A DNA stretch of 64,000 nucleotides from Bdellovibrionales bacterium (GCA_964230645.1 CAXRHT010000002.1:352001-416000), one strand, 5' to 3'; shown: positions 29,582 to 39,991, numbered from the stretch's first letter. Translations and numbers: made by a program. Notes: generated by a model not told the origin, from the sequence alone.

Positions 29582-29647
29582 GTAATTTGTTCACCTTAGT
29601 TTGTTAGAATTTCGCGAATTTAAACAAAGGTAATTTGTTCACTTTAG
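29582..29647. repeat. 18-bp direct repeats flanking an imperfect palindrome
   Basis: gtaatttgttcac(c/t)ttag at 29582 and 29630; spacer tttgttagaatttcgcgaatttaaacaaa is self-complementary. Confidence 0.7.
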
Positions 29648-29655
29648 AGCGAATC

Positions 29656-29838
29656 GTCATTCTGAGCGTAGCGAAGAATCTATCACCACTGACTTCACGT
29701 CATCATTCATAGTCCTCGGCAACAGATCCTTCGCTACGCTCAGGACGACATGGTGACATACAGATCCTTCGGCTACACTCAGGACGACATGGGGAAATAC
29801 AGATCCTACGGCTGCGCTCAGGATGACATGGGGAAATA
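29656..29838. repeat. REP-like palindromic element with a tandemly triplicated right arm
   Basis: Left arm gtcattctgagcgtagcgaagaatct (29656-29681); inverted arms agatcc...ctcagga(c/t)gac at 29724, 29762 and 29801 (period 38-39). Confidence 0.85.
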
Positions 29839-29842
29839 AGGA

Positions 29843-30964
29843 CTAAAAGTTAAAACCAGCACCCATTTGAGGGTCCATATTGAAATGAGAACTCCCTGTG
29901 ACTTGATTGGTGAATTGAAAATACACATAAAAAGGATCGTAACCGACCTCTAGACGCGGTAGCAGTTCCACTTCAACATTATTATAGCCTGACTCCACAT
30001 AGTAAGGTGTGAGCTTCTGAGGAGCCGTTCTTCGCTCTAAGGCAAACTGCTGGAAGTAGTAGTGCACTCTCACACCTAATCCAAAAGAAAAATCCAAAGA
30101 CAAAAGATCAAAGGGAATCTTTGGCATCAGTGTCAGATGAGCTGATTGAAAGTTCACCGAATTCTCACTGGGAGTCAGTTGATCGTAAGTCACAAAAGAC
30201 TGATCCGGGTTATGAGGGTTGAGTCGATATACGTAACTGAGCTCTTTTTGCATATAGCCCAATTGCCCTCTCAAACGCAGCCAAGAAGCGATCGGCATTT
30301 CTGCAAAAACGGAGACATCAAAACCACTTCCGCCGGAAACAGAATCGACAAAAGGACTATCGAAGGTGTCCTCGTTCACATCGACATTGTTTGGAGGAGT
30401 GGGTGTGATAAGGTTTTCAAATGGTTTCTTGGAAGTGGAGAGAAGATAGCCCCCCTCGATTCCAAAGCTCCAACCCTTCTTCTTGCCTTCCCCCTGTTCT
30501 GCGACCTTATTATCTTCTTTAGGACTAGGAAGCTCATCAGGAAGTGAGAGCTCCTCTTTTTCAACGAGTTTTTCTTTTTTCAAAGCGGGCTTTACACCCT
30601 CCGCAAGGCTTTCTTGATCGGGCTCTGAGGGAGCAGCGAGTTCACTCAAGGGATCTCCAGCAAGTGAGCAGAGGTCACCTTCTTCCAACCTCACGGTTTT
30701 TGCTAAAAGCCAAAAAGGCTGACCCTCTATTTTCGTCTTTATGGCCACTTGATTTTTACTGTAACCAAGAAAAGGAAAGATTTGGTTCTTAAAAACTTTC
30801 TTCTTTTTGCGGGTGATGGCCCTTAAGGCCACAGAGTCTTGCTTGAGGATCGCACAGTTTTCCAACTCGGCTCTGGCTCCTTCTGGAAAGATCAGGAGAA
30901 TGAAAAAGAAAACCCCCATGGCTTTGAGAAAACCACGGGGTATTTTATTCAATAAAAGAGACAT
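29843..30964 (-). CDS. outer-membrane beta-barrel protein with N-terminal periplasmic domain and linker
   Basis: Signal ending ARA; WSFGIEGG strand; C-terminal FNF; starts just after the upstream stop (start uncertain; track ORF starts at 30994). Confidence 0.65.
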   Translation of the reverse strand: MSLLLNKIPRGFLKAMGVFFFILLIFPEGARAELENCAILKQDSVALRAITRKKKKVFKNQIFPFLGYSKNQVAIKTKIEGQPFWLLAKTVRLEEGDLCSLAGDPLSELAAPSEPDQESLAEGVKPALKKEKLVEKEELSLPDELPSPKEDNKVAEQGEGKKKGWSFGIEGGYLLSTSKKPFENLITPTPPNNVDVNEDTFDSPFVDSVSGGSGFDVSVFAEMPIASWLRLRGQLGYMQKELSYVYRLNPHNPDQSFVTYDQLTPSENSVNFQSAHLTLMPKIPFDLLSLDFSFGLGVRVHYYFQQFALERRTAPQKLTPYYVESGYNNVEVELLPRLEVGYDPFYVYFQFTNQVTGSSHFNMDPQMGAGFNF

Positions 30965-30969
30965 GACAT

Positions 30970-33876
30970 TTAGTCGGTCACTGGATCGTAGCACTGTTGA
31001 ACATCTATGTTGGCAAAATCGGTCATACGGTGAAGCTGTCTAAAGAAAGGACTACCATGAGAGGCGTCTTTTCCGTAAAAAGGTTTCGCTTTTGAGGTTA
31101 ACTCATTGGCGTGCCCATAAGCAATGGGTTGATCTTGTAGCATCCAGTAGTCCTCAGTCAACTGAGTCGTTTTAGATGAAACATTTCGAGCCATAGCTTT
31201 GGAAGCCGAGTCTTGTTGACCTTTGTAGTAACGCATGGTCTTTTTCTCGTCCTCAGAAAGCTTGCGAGTTTTAGCCACATAAGCCGCACCCGACTCCTTA
31301 CAGAAGTTGGTGACTTTCTCTGTGCTGTAACCACTTAAGTAATGCATGATATTGGCATTTGGATTCGGGCTCTTCCACTCCCCTTGACCATCGGGCCCAT
31401 CCCAAAGTCGACAGGTAAAATGAAATCTCATACACTGCGGAAGTCCGTGAGTTTTACTATAAGGACGACCGTAACGAAGAGCCAGTCTTCCACGAAGCTT
31501 CGTATCAGGGATTCCAAAACGGTGAACCGTGTGACGAACTCGGTAACCACATCTTCTAAATTTACCAGCAGCCACGTCAGCCGCACTCTCGGCAATCGGA
31601 TGGTGGTTAGAATTCCACTTCCAATAAGGCATTAAACGCTCATGAGCCCCTCTGTATCTTGAGTAACTCAGGCGGTAGGCATAAAACTTCCCATCTTTAC
31701 TTGGCACCATCACAATATCATTATGAATCGGACATTGGGTTTTGGAGTCTTCAGGATAGCTAAAGCGTGAACCAATTCGGGCCACTTGGTTGCGACCGGT
31801 GACTTTGAAACCACACTGACCGCCACAGCTTCCTTCAATCTCAAGAGCCTTTACTCGCTTTAAGTAATCGTTCGAAGCCTTGTTGATTTCTTCGTGAGAG
31901 TAAACCACATTGAAACCTGCAATATCCGCTTTGAATTGCGAAGGGTCCTCGGGGAACTTTCCACGAACACGCAATCTGGTTTCTACATAACGGCGCTTAA
32001 AGACACGCTCGATTTTACCATAAGGAGTGTCTTTTAATTTCTCAGAGGTTGGATCCACATTTTCAAAAGCCTGAATCGCATTCTGAGGGGCCTGATAAAC
32101 CTCGCTTCCGAAATAAAGAAGTTGTGCGATTTTAGCTTTCTTAGCCATATACTCGGCTGTACGGAAATCCGGTCCGATCTTGTTGTGAAGTTTCACAATG
32201 CTCAGAAGGTAAGCTTTAGTCAGAGCTTGACCGCTGCTACATTTTTTAATCACTTCCTGGGCCACATTCATATTGCTAAGATCTTTGACTTTTAAATTCT
32301 CAGCGTTGTGTCCCATGATATCGGCCGTACAAGCCTGATCCACATTTGTGGAAAGCACACCGTTGGTGTAAGCACGGGCTAGTTGCACGAGTTCCTGAGC
32401 TTGATTGAGCCATGCCAGTCTTTCATGACAATAGACATGATTTTGCCTGGCCGACTCATAATCACTGCGATTGTAGGCGACATGAGCATTGCGGCGACAA
32501 AAGCGATTACGAACATCCGCTTTACGACGAGTGATCCACGCCAAATAAAGATCCGACATTTCGTTAAGGGTCGCTCCAGCTTCCGCACGAGCGGCTTTAA
32601 ATTCAACAATCAAAAGTCTGTCATCAATATCAGAAACCTTAGATTCTAATTTTTTAAGATCTCCAACAACCTGTTTTACCTCGGTGGAAAGATTTTTTAC
32701 CACTTCTTCAAGATTATCGACTTTTGCCATTAGGGCTTCCAAGTCTTTTTTCTGCTGAGCATCGGCTTCGGCCAGCTCACGAACTTGATCATCTCGGTTT
32801 CGAAGAGTGACGATAAAAGCGTTACACTGTGATTTAGCCAGTTGAGCCGAATCGGTGTCGTCTGGGAACATCATATCACAGTCCAGATTATCGGCTGTCA
32901 TACAACAACTTCCATCCAGCACTTCATCTTCAGTGGAAGCATCACTACAGGCCGTTTGCCCGGTTGCGACCTCGCCACTGGTGTCGAGTTTACACATGCG
33001 GCCCTGCACATCAGCAAGCTTGCTTTGATCTTTAATATAAGACTCAAAAGCTTTTTGCTGTTCGGCTAGCTTTGCTTTCATGTCATTCTGAGCTTCTTTC
33101 ACTTCAAGAATCTGGGCTTGCAAATCACCCTTCACACCTTCAAGCGCTTCCCAAAGGGCTTTGAGAGCTGCCTCACTGCTATCTTCGATATTCGTGATAT
33201 TGTTCTCAATAATAGTAATATTGTTGTTTATTTCTGTGATGCGGATTTCAAGATTTTCGGTGACCTTTTCAAGATTCACAAGTCTACCATCGACTTCCAC
33301 AAACTTGTTATTAACCTGAGTTTGAAAAGACTCAAACTTTTCCTTGAGGCTATTAATCTCAGCGCGTATCTCAGCTTCTGTAGCTTGCATCTCATCACGC
33401 AGCCTTGTTTCTAAATCTTCAAGGGAAGCATTGAACTTCACTTCTAATTCAGCAATCAAATTAGAAAGTCTTTCATCTTCAGCTTTAAGCTCTGCAATCG
33501 CTTGATTAAAATCAAACTCAAGAAGCATATCTCGACCCATCAGGTGAGAATTCAAAAGATAGTCCCTGGCATCAAGAACTTGTGCTGAGCCAATCGACAT
33601 TCCTTGCCCATCAACAGCAATCAATTGTTCAATCATATCAATGTAAAGTCTGATTTCATTGGCCTGGGCTATGGCCTCCGGTGAACCCTGTTCACGCAGC
33701 CTCGCCTCTGTTTCAGCGGCGTCATCGATTAATCCTAATAAGTGATCGGCGGCAAAGGAACTTGCACCTGATGTATCACTGTTCGCAAACTGGGCTTCTT
33801 TACTACAGTTGTTAAAGGCAAATGCCAATATAATACCAGTAAATAGAAACCTCAGAACCATCTTGTTCTTCAGCAT
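30970..33876 (-). CDS. 968-aa putative lipoprotein with long coiled coil and Cys-rich domains
   Basis: Signal ending FNNC; heptad-rich region; Cys clusters; GGGGG RBS. Confidence 0.75.
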   Translation of the reverse strand: MLKNKMVLRFLFTGIILAFAFNNCSKEAQFANSDTSGASSFAADHLLGLIDDAAETEARLREQGSPEAIAQANEIRLYIDMIEQLIAVDGQGMSIGSAQVLDARDYLLNSHLMGRDMLLEFDFNQAIAELKAEDERLSNLIAELEVKFNASLEDLETRLRDEMQATEAEIRAEINSLKEKFESFQTQVNNKFVEVDGRLVNLEKVTENLEIRITEINNNITIIENNITNIEDSSEAALKALWEALEGVKGDLQAQILEVKEAQNDMKAKLAEQQKAFESYIKDQSKLADVQGRMCKLDTSGEVATGQTACSDASTEDEVLDGSCCMTADNLDCDMMFPDDTDSAQLAKSQCNAFIVTLRNRDDQVRELAEADAQQKKDLEALMAKVDNLEEVVKNLSTEVKQVVGDLKKLESKVSDIDDRLLIVEFKAARAEAGATLNEMSDLYLAWITRRKADVRNRFCRRNAHVAYNRSDYESARQNHVYCHERLAWLNQAQELVQLARAYTNGVLSTNVDQACTADIMGHNAENLKVKDLSNMNVAQEVIKKCSSGQALTKAYLLSIVKLHNKIGPDFRTAEYMAKKAKIAQLLYFGSEVYQAPQNAIQAFENVDPTSEKLKDTPYGKIERVFKRRYVETRLRVRGKFPEDPSQFKADIAGFNVVYSHEEINKASNDYLKRVKALEIEGSCGGQCGFKVTGRNQVARIGSRFSYPEDSKTQCPIHNDIVMVPSKDGKFYAYRLSYSRYRGAHERLMPYWKWNSNHHPIAESAADVAAGKFRRCGYRVRHTVHRFGIPDTKLRGRLALRYGRPYSKTHGLPQCMRFHFTCRLWDGPDGQGEWKSPNPNANIMHYLSGYSTEKVTNFCKESGAAYVAKTRKLSEDEKKTMRYYKGQQDSASKAMARNVSSKTTQLTEDYWMLQDQPIAYGHANELTSKAKPFYGKDASHGSPFFRQLHRMTDFANIDVQQCYDPVTD

Positions 33877-34044
33877 AATATCCCCCTAGATCCCTTTCCT
33901 ACCCACCATTATTACAAAACATAAAAAAGAATGCTTGAGAATTTTATAAACTTTTTTAGTGGTGTCTGCTCACTAAACAACTGTACTCTTTTTTATCAAC
34001 TGAAGTTGAAAAGAAGAGGCTCTTAAAAAAAACGAGACATTTTT

Positions 34045-34074
34045 TTCTCAAGTTGAAACGTCTCATTTTGAGAA
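34045..34074. promoter_or_regulatory. two adjacent 15-bp GTCTCA-N3-TGAGAC-like palindromes
   Basis: TTCTCAAGTTGAAAC followed directly by GTCTCATTTTGAGAA in a divergent intergenic region. Confidence 0.4.
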
Positions 34075-34268
34075 TGGATCGCCTTGGGTTTTTGTTTCAA
34101 ATAAAGAGAAAATCTATAGCTGAAACAAGTGTGCTTTTTAGTCCACATGAGAGCGCCCGCTTCTAGGGTTTCATTTAAACATTGATCTCTTTTCAATCCG
34201 TGATCTTTCACTGGACCCGCACTGTGGATTTTGCTAACAATGTTGTGATTTGTTGGGAAGGGGCAAAA

Positions 34269-36044
34269 TTGAACTCTGAAAAACTTTATTATAAGGCACA
34301 GTTCTCATCGCTTCTGAAAAAAAATAGAGAGGACATCTACACCCTCGGCGCTCTTTGTTTCACCGGAGAGCATCGCAAGGCTCGGGACCTAGCGCAGAGT
34401 CTTGACAGCCATTCCCCTTTTGAAAAAGCTTTTATTCAATTTCACCTAGGAATTAGCTACACTCGAACCTCGCACTACCGTCAGGCTAAAAGACAGTTCA
34501 AAGAAAATTTATTATTGGCTAAAGCGCACCCAAAATCTTCTGAGATTCAGTTTTTAGCTTTTCAGGGACTTGGTTTTTTTAACTACTTCTTTTCCCGGCA
34601 TCGCCAGAGCTTAAAAGCCACCTATCATGCTCAAAAGTCTCTGCTGGCCGCCGAAAAAAAGACTCATCGGCCTCTTTTTCAAATTCTCTCCCTTGACCTG
34701 GAAGGGCACAACCTAATTCAGCTCTTTCGCATTCATCAAGGAATTAAAACACTCGAGCAAGCCCTCCAGGTGGCTCAAAGTCAAAACATCGAATCCTTTG
34801 CCAATTCCCTTAATTTTTCTATTCTTCTCTACGAGTCTCAGTTTATCCACTCTCCAAGTCATGCCACCAAAAAGCTTATGAAGGCCTTAAGCGAACTCCC
34901 CTCCCACGATGACTACTCCCGCTCGGAATTGGTTTTCCTAATCTCGAATTTGATGATGCTGCAGGGTCAATACAAAAAAGCTCAAGAATTTCTCTCCGAA
35001 CACTATAAAGTCATTTACGAAACCGAGAATAAGCGACAAATGGGGCAGCTCAACTTTCGAATGACTTACAATATGTTTAGGCAGGGAGCCTTCGAGCAGG
35101 CTCTCTTTCTCGCCAAGACCGCTCGTTCCAATTTGAACCCAAAAACGGACAAAGGTTTAATGTGCCGAATCCTTGGCCTTGAAATTAAAATCTTGAAGGC
35201 TATGGGAGAGCCCCATCAGGACACCATGGAAAGATTAGCAAGTCTTGATTCTGAAATCGATAGCCTTATTATCAAACGCTCGAATGCTCGCATGCTCTCT
35301 AGAGAATTTGTCATCAATAAAGGCGAGGACCCTATTGGTGATCATGTCGAACGTTTGTCCAATGAAAAAACTGCCACTCTTTATAGCGATTTTTTAAAAA
35401 AAGAAATGGCGGGTCTACTCGGAGACTTCTTTGAAATTCCCCCGGGTCAAGAAGCTATCGTGATCAACGCGCCCAAGAACACCTGCTTTGTTTGTTTAAA
35501 AGATTACGCCTTTGTGATTGAAAAGTCCCTTGGACCAACATTGACCAAATTGACTCGCGCTCTTGGAGAGAAAAAATGCAGCAAAGAAGAGCTCATCCAA
35601 AAAGTCTGGGGTTATAGCGAATACGATCCCCTTCGCCATGATTCCCTCATTTATTCCTCCATGGCTAGACTTCGTAACCTTTTTAAAATTAACGAATCCC
35701 AGCTATTTTTCGACGGAGAGTCCTATCAGCTTAATATCACCGTGATCGATGGAATTGCCAGTGAGAAAGGCACCGTCTTTACGCCCAAGCTTTCCCAAGA
35801 GACCAGGGTTCATAAAACCAAAGAAGAAATCACAAAGCTTCCCAGTGATCTCAATTATCGCCAAGTCAAAACCCTCAATGATGAACACTTTGACCAGATT
35901 TCTGTCAAAAACTACGCGGATCGCTTCGAAATTGTGACCATGACAGCCCTACGGGACCTTAAAAAACTATGTGAATACGGCTACTTGAAAAGAATGGGTA
36001 AGGGACGCGCCACGCGCTACCTGAAAACATTCCAACAAGAATGA
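34269..36044 (+). CDS. TPR-like helical repeat protein with winged-helix and C-terminal DeoR-like HTH (putative regulator)
   Basis: Helical repeats; SKEELIQKVWG..YDP..HD..IY...RLR; C-terminal TALRDLKKL...GKGRATRY. TTG start with G-rich RBS (track ORF starts at 34182). Confidence 0.72.
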   Translation: MNSEKLYYKAQFSSLLKKNREDIYTLGALCFTGEHRKARDLAQSLDSHSPFEKAFIQFHLGISYTRTSHYRQAKRQFKENLLLAKAHPKSSEIQFLAFQGLGFFNYFFSRHRQSLKATYHAQKSLLAAEKKTHRPLFQILSLDLEGHNLIQLFRIHQGIKTLEQALQVAQSQNIESFANSLNFSILLYESQFIHSPSHATKKLMKALSELPSHDDYSRSELVFLISNLMMLQGQYKKAQEFLSEHYKVIYETENKRQMGQLNFRMTYNMFRQGAFEQALFLAKTARSNLNPKTDKGLMCRILGLEIKILKAMGEPHQDTMERLASLDSEIDSLIIKRSNARMLSREFVINKGEDPIGDHVERLSNEKTATLYSDFLKKEMAGLLGDFFEIPPGQEAIVINAPKNTCFVCLKDYAFVIEKSLGPTLTKLTRALGEKKCSKEELIQKVWGYSEYDPLRHDSLIYSSMARLRNLFKINESQLFFDGESYQLNITVIDGIASEKGTVFTPKLSQETRVHKTKEEITKLPSDLNYRQVKTLNDEHFDQISVKNYADRFEIVTMTALRDLKKLCEYGYLKRMGKGRATRYLKTFQQE

Positions 36045-36094
36045 CAAATCTCTTCTTCTCTACTATAAAAGAGCCGACGTTTAGGGGGTCTTGT

Positions 36095-36667
36095 ATGAAA
36101 TCTTTAGGTATCCTGTTTATGACCATGCTTCTTGCTTTTAGCGCTCAGGCTGAAAAAAGCACTCACCAGGGTTTTTACGAAGTGCCCAGGCCTGATGGAA
36201 AAATCATCGACTTCCCTTCAAGCCTTCAATTTGAAGGAGACTCTTTGGCCGAGGCTGAAGAGATCGAAGTCCTTTTTCCCCCGCAACTTGTGGGCATGGA
36301 AAATCATTTCAAACTTAAAAAAGTAGATGACCAGTGGGTCGGCAACCCAGAGCTTTTTGAAAAAGTAGACTGTCATTTGGCGGGAGATGTGTACGATTTT
36401 TCTTGTCGTCTTGAATTTAAAAAAGAATCAGTTGTTGATGTCACAGGCGACGCCCAAGGCAATCCGGCCGTTTTGGATAACGACGATATTAAAGATCTTT
36501 TTTCTGGCACATCCGTTGATAAACTCTTTGTCGACCGTGTATTAGCTAAAGAACAACTTCTGGGCGCTGGTTTGCAAGCCACAGAAGTGAGCGCTCGCCT
36601 GGAGTCCACAGACATCTTTATCAATGAACCTATTGGTTTTTTAAAATATCGAGCCGTGAGTTACTAA
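36095..36667 (+). CDS. secreted hypothetical protein
   Basis: GGGGG RBS; signal MKSLG...AQA (track ORF starts at 36041). Confidence 0.72.
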   Translation: MKSLGILFMTMLLAFSAQAEKSTHQGFYEVPRPDGKIIDFPSSLQFEGDSLAEAEEIEVLFPPQLVGMENHFKLKKVDDQWVGNPELFEKVDCHLAGDVYDFSCRLEFKKESVVDVTGDAQGNPAVLDNDDIKDLFSGTSVDKLFVDRVLAKEQLLGAGLQATEVSARLESTDIFINEPIGFLKYRAVSY

Positions 36668-36669
36668 CT

Positions 36670-36969
36670 ATGAAAACAATAATAATAACCTTACTTTTGC
36701 TCTTCTCCCTTCCCTCTTTGGCTGATAGCCTGGTGTGTGAAAATATTGACTCTTATTTTGAAGAAGACACTTTAGAGTTTGTTGGATACGGACAAGAGAC
36801 GACAGCCTATTATTTCGACAACGACTCCCATTATTCTATCCTCTGTGAGACCACAGGCTTGGATGGGTATTTGTGTGAAGACGGAAATTTTACTATTCAA
36901 ATGTCAGAGGGCGGCTATGCGACGGTCTCTAATGGTCTTGATCCTGAGGTAGAATTCCAATGCTACTGA
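36670..36969 (+). CDS. small acidic secreted protein (4 Cys)
   Basis: Signal ending SLA; starts 3 nt after the upstream stop. Confidence 0.7.
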   Translation: MKTIIITLLLLFSLPSLADSLVCENIDSYFEEDTLEFVGYGQETTAYYFDNDSHYSILCETTGLDGYLCEDGNFTIQMSEGGYATVSNGLDPEVEFQCY

Positions 36970-37095
36970 GACTGTGACCTTTCGGTCACGATTTGGGCTC
37001 TAGCCTGTAATTATTACTTGAAGTTTTAGCCATTCTTCTCTAGTTTCCACTCTGTAAAAATAAAGATTTTTTGCTTTATAGCCTACGGAGTTTCT

Positions 37096-39981
37096 ATGAA
37101 AACCATTTTAAGCCTCATTTGTGCCGCTTTCTTAATCGCAAGCTGTACCAAAAATAACAAATCCTCTTCCGCGGATCCCCGTGAAATTAACGGGATGAAG
37201 TTTTCTTCCATGAAACTTAAAAATGATCTGGAAGTGATGGTCATTAGTGACCCTCGCTTTAAAAAATCAGCCGCGGCTTTGGCGGTGGGTGTGGGCTCTT
37301 TAGCTGATCCTAATGAAGCCCAGGGGTTGGCTCATTACCTTGAACATATGCTTTTTATGGGAACAAAAAAATACCCCGCACACGATGAGTACCGCGACTT
37401 TATCGAGAAAAATGGGGGATACTCCAATGCCTACACCGCTGATGAGATTACCAATTATCTTTTCGAAATCGACACGGGCGCTTACAAGGAGGCTCTCGAC
37501 CGTTTTGCTCAATTTTTTATCTCTCCGCTTCTTGATGAACGCTATCTTGAAAAAGAAAAAAATGCGGTCAACAGTGAGTTCGATCGCAATATCGAAAAAG
37601 ATCACTGGAGACTTTATAGAATGTCGACTGTGATTGCTAAAAAAGAGCATCCCTACAATACCTTTAATATCGGCAGTAACAAAACCCTTAAGGATGTAAA
37701 AAGAAAAGACGTGTTGGAGTTTTATAAAAAATATTACTCCGCTGACAATATGAAGCTTGTCCTTGTGAGTTCTAAACCGATCGATGAACTAAAAAAACTC
37801 GCTCGCACCAACTTTAACAGTGTTCCAAAATTTAAATATCAGAAAAACGAATATGACTTCCAGTACTTTAACAAAAACGAACAACCACAGATTACTTTTA
37901 TTCAGTCCATTCAAGACCGTTACATTCTACAGGTCTTTTTTAATACGCCTGATTATGTCGACTATTGGCAGTCAAAGCCCACTTTGATGCTCGCCTACCT
38001 TTTAGGGGACGAAAGTGAAGGCTCTCTTCTTTCCTATTTAAAAGAAAAAGGCTGGGCTCTAAAACTCTCGGCATCGCCTGAAGTCCATTGGCGCGATTTT
38101 GGTTTTAACCTGACTCTTACAAAAAAGGGCCGTGAAAATTATCAACAAGTGGTGCAAGCGATTTTTGCAGCTATTGAGCTGGTAAAAGAAAAGGGCTATC
38201 CAAAATATGTTTTTGAAGACAACCAAGAAATTGCCCGTCTTGAATTAGAAAACCTAGAGGCTTCAGGAGGAGCCGGTATGGCTTCTAGTTTTGCCGCCAA
38301 AATAATGGATTATCCTGTGGATGAGGTCATTGATCGCAGTTTTCTTATTGAAAAATACTCAAAAGAAGATTTCGAGACTTTCCTTAGTTATCTCAGAAAA
38401 GACAACGCCCATATTTTTGTGGCCTCCCAAAACGAAAAAACCGATCAAACCGAAAAACCGTTTGGTATTAAGTATCGCACTACCAATTTTAAAGCTCCAC
38501 TCGATGACAAAGCCCTTGCTCCCCTGAAAAAGCAGATGGCCCTTCCAAAGCAAAATCCCTTTATTGCTCGCTCCTTTGATTTAGTAAATTCTGATAAAAC
38601 TCAGAGCGAAGCCCAAACACTCACTGAAAATGGCTTCAAGCTTCACGTACAAACAGATACTGAACTTGGTATACCAAAAACTTATTTGGACACCTACTTT
38701 CAAAGTGCTATCGAGAATAACCCAAAAAACTATCTCCTCAGCTCTCTTTACGCCAAATGCAAAGAAGAAGAGCTCAGGGAATGGGCCTACCCGGCTCTGA
38801 CTGCAGGCTATAGTTATTCGATTAGCAGCGTATTCGGCGATAAAATGGCCGTTAGTGTTTCTGGTTTCAGTGAGAAAATTGACCTTCTTTTGACAACGAT
38901 CCTTGAGGACTCAGAGAAGAAAAGAGAAATCAGTCAGTGTCAAATTGATGAAAAAAGATTGGATCAAATTAAAGACAAGATGCTTTTAGATCTAAGTAAT
39001 TTCAAGAAAATGGAAGCCTTTAGAAGACTTATGCTTGAAAGCCAAATCGTATCTGTCGACAAAGAGATTCACTGGGAGCAGTACAAAAATATGGTAGCGA
39101 GTGTTAGCCTCAAAGATCTTAACCAGTTTGGAAAAGACTTTTTTAATAAGGTTTTCGTTGAAGTCGTGGCCTCAGGAAATATTACCTCAAAAGGTGTGAA
39201 GGCCTTGGCTCAAAACATCTCAACAAGTTTAGAGGCCGAATTACTCAGTCTCAAAAAAGCCGAAGCTCAAAATCGGCAATTTGTTTTGCCTCCAAAATCA
39301 AAAGAGGTCGCCTATAAACTTTCTGGCAACAACAATAACAATGCCATGATGACCTCCTACTATTTAAAAGACTGGAATATCAATGACCATGCCCACCTTA
39401 TGGTTTTAGGTAAGCTGATTTCACCAGCCTACTTCTCGGAACTAAGAAGCAACCAACAACTTGGCTATGTGGTCTTTTCTTTTCCAAACCTAGACTCCGG
39501 TTACATCGGTTTCAATGGCCTCATCCAGTCTCAAAATCATAAAGCCTCTTACCTTAAGGGGCAGTCGGATAAATTCGTTGAGAATTTCGTCTCTGATCTC
39601 AGTGGCAAACTCACCGATAAAGACCTTGAGCCCGTTATAGCCGCTCTTGTTAATGAGTTGGAGAAAAAGGCTACTGTGCTTGCACAGCGGCACTCAAAGT
39701 TTAAAAAATTGGCTCTGCAGTACAATGGACACTTCTCAATGGAAAAAGACCTTATTGCGGCAGTAAAAAATATGAAAGCCAGTGATTTAAAAGAATTTAT
39801 GAAATCCTCTTTTATGCAAGACAAGGTCGGACGCCTGACCTACTACTACCTTGGGCAAAACTCCCACAAGGAAAATAAAACCCTTGATGGTGAAGTGATC
39901 ACCAGCCCTAATGCTACAGCCGATTGGGTCAAGAAAGATCCCTACAAGTCGGTTGGAAACATGGACAATCCCTCCACATAA
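37096..39981 (+). CDS. M16A insulinase/pitrilysin-family zinc peptidase lipoprotein
   Basis: GLAHYLEHMLF (HxxEH), NAYT, ELRSNQQLGY; LIASC lipobox. Confidence 0.93.
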   Translation: MKTILSLICAAFLIASCTKNNKSSSADPREINGMKFSSMKLKNDLEVMVISDPRFKKSAAALAVGVGSLADPNEAQGLAHYLEHMLFMGTKKYPAHDEYRDFIEKNGGYSNAYTADEITNYLFEIDTGAYKEALDRFAQFFISPLLDERYLEKEKNAVNSEFDRNIEKDHWRLYRMSTVIAKKEHPYNTFNIGSNKTLKDVKRKDVLEFYKKYYSADNMKLVLVSSKPIDELKKLARTNFNSVPKFKYQKNEYDFQYFNKNEQPQITFIQSIQDRYILQVFFNTPDYVDYWQSKPTLMLAYLLGDESEGSLLSYLKEKGWALKLSASPEVHWRDFGFNLTLTKKGRENYQQVVQAIFAAIELVKEKGYPKYVFEDNQEIARLELENLEASGGAGMASSFAAKIMDYPVDEVIDRSFLIEKYSKEDFETFLSYLRKDNAHIFVASQNEKTDQTEKPFGIKYRTTNFKAPLDDKALAPLKKQMALPKQNPFIARSFDLVNSDKTQSEAQTLTENGFKLHVQTDTELGIPKTYLDTYFQSAIENNPKNYLLSSLYAKCKEEELREWAYPALTAGYSYSISSVFGDKMAVSVSGFSEKIDLLLTTILEDSEKKREISQCQIDEKRLDQIKDKMLLDLSNFKKMEAFRRLMLESQIVSVDKEIHWEQYKNMVASVSLKDLNQFGKDFFNKVFVEVVASGNITSKGVKALAQNISTSLEAELLSLKKAEAQNRQFVLPPKSKEVAYKLSGNNNNNAMMTSYYLKDWNINDHAHLMVLGKLISPAYFSELRSNQQLGYVVFSFPNLDSGYIGFNGLIQSQNHKASYLKGQSDKFVENFVSDLSGKLTDKDLEPVIAALVNELEKKATVLAQRHSKFKKLALQYNGHFSMEKDLIAAVKNMKASDLKEFMKSSFMQDKVGRLTYYYLGQNSHKENKTLDGEVITSPNATADWVKKDPYKSVGNMDNPST

Positions 39982-39991
39982 AAAAATGGAA

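Noticed and set aside
29724..29838. CRISPR array
   Set aside because: Intervening segments are only about 12 nt and near-identical, and an inverted copy lies upstream, which fits a REP-like element.
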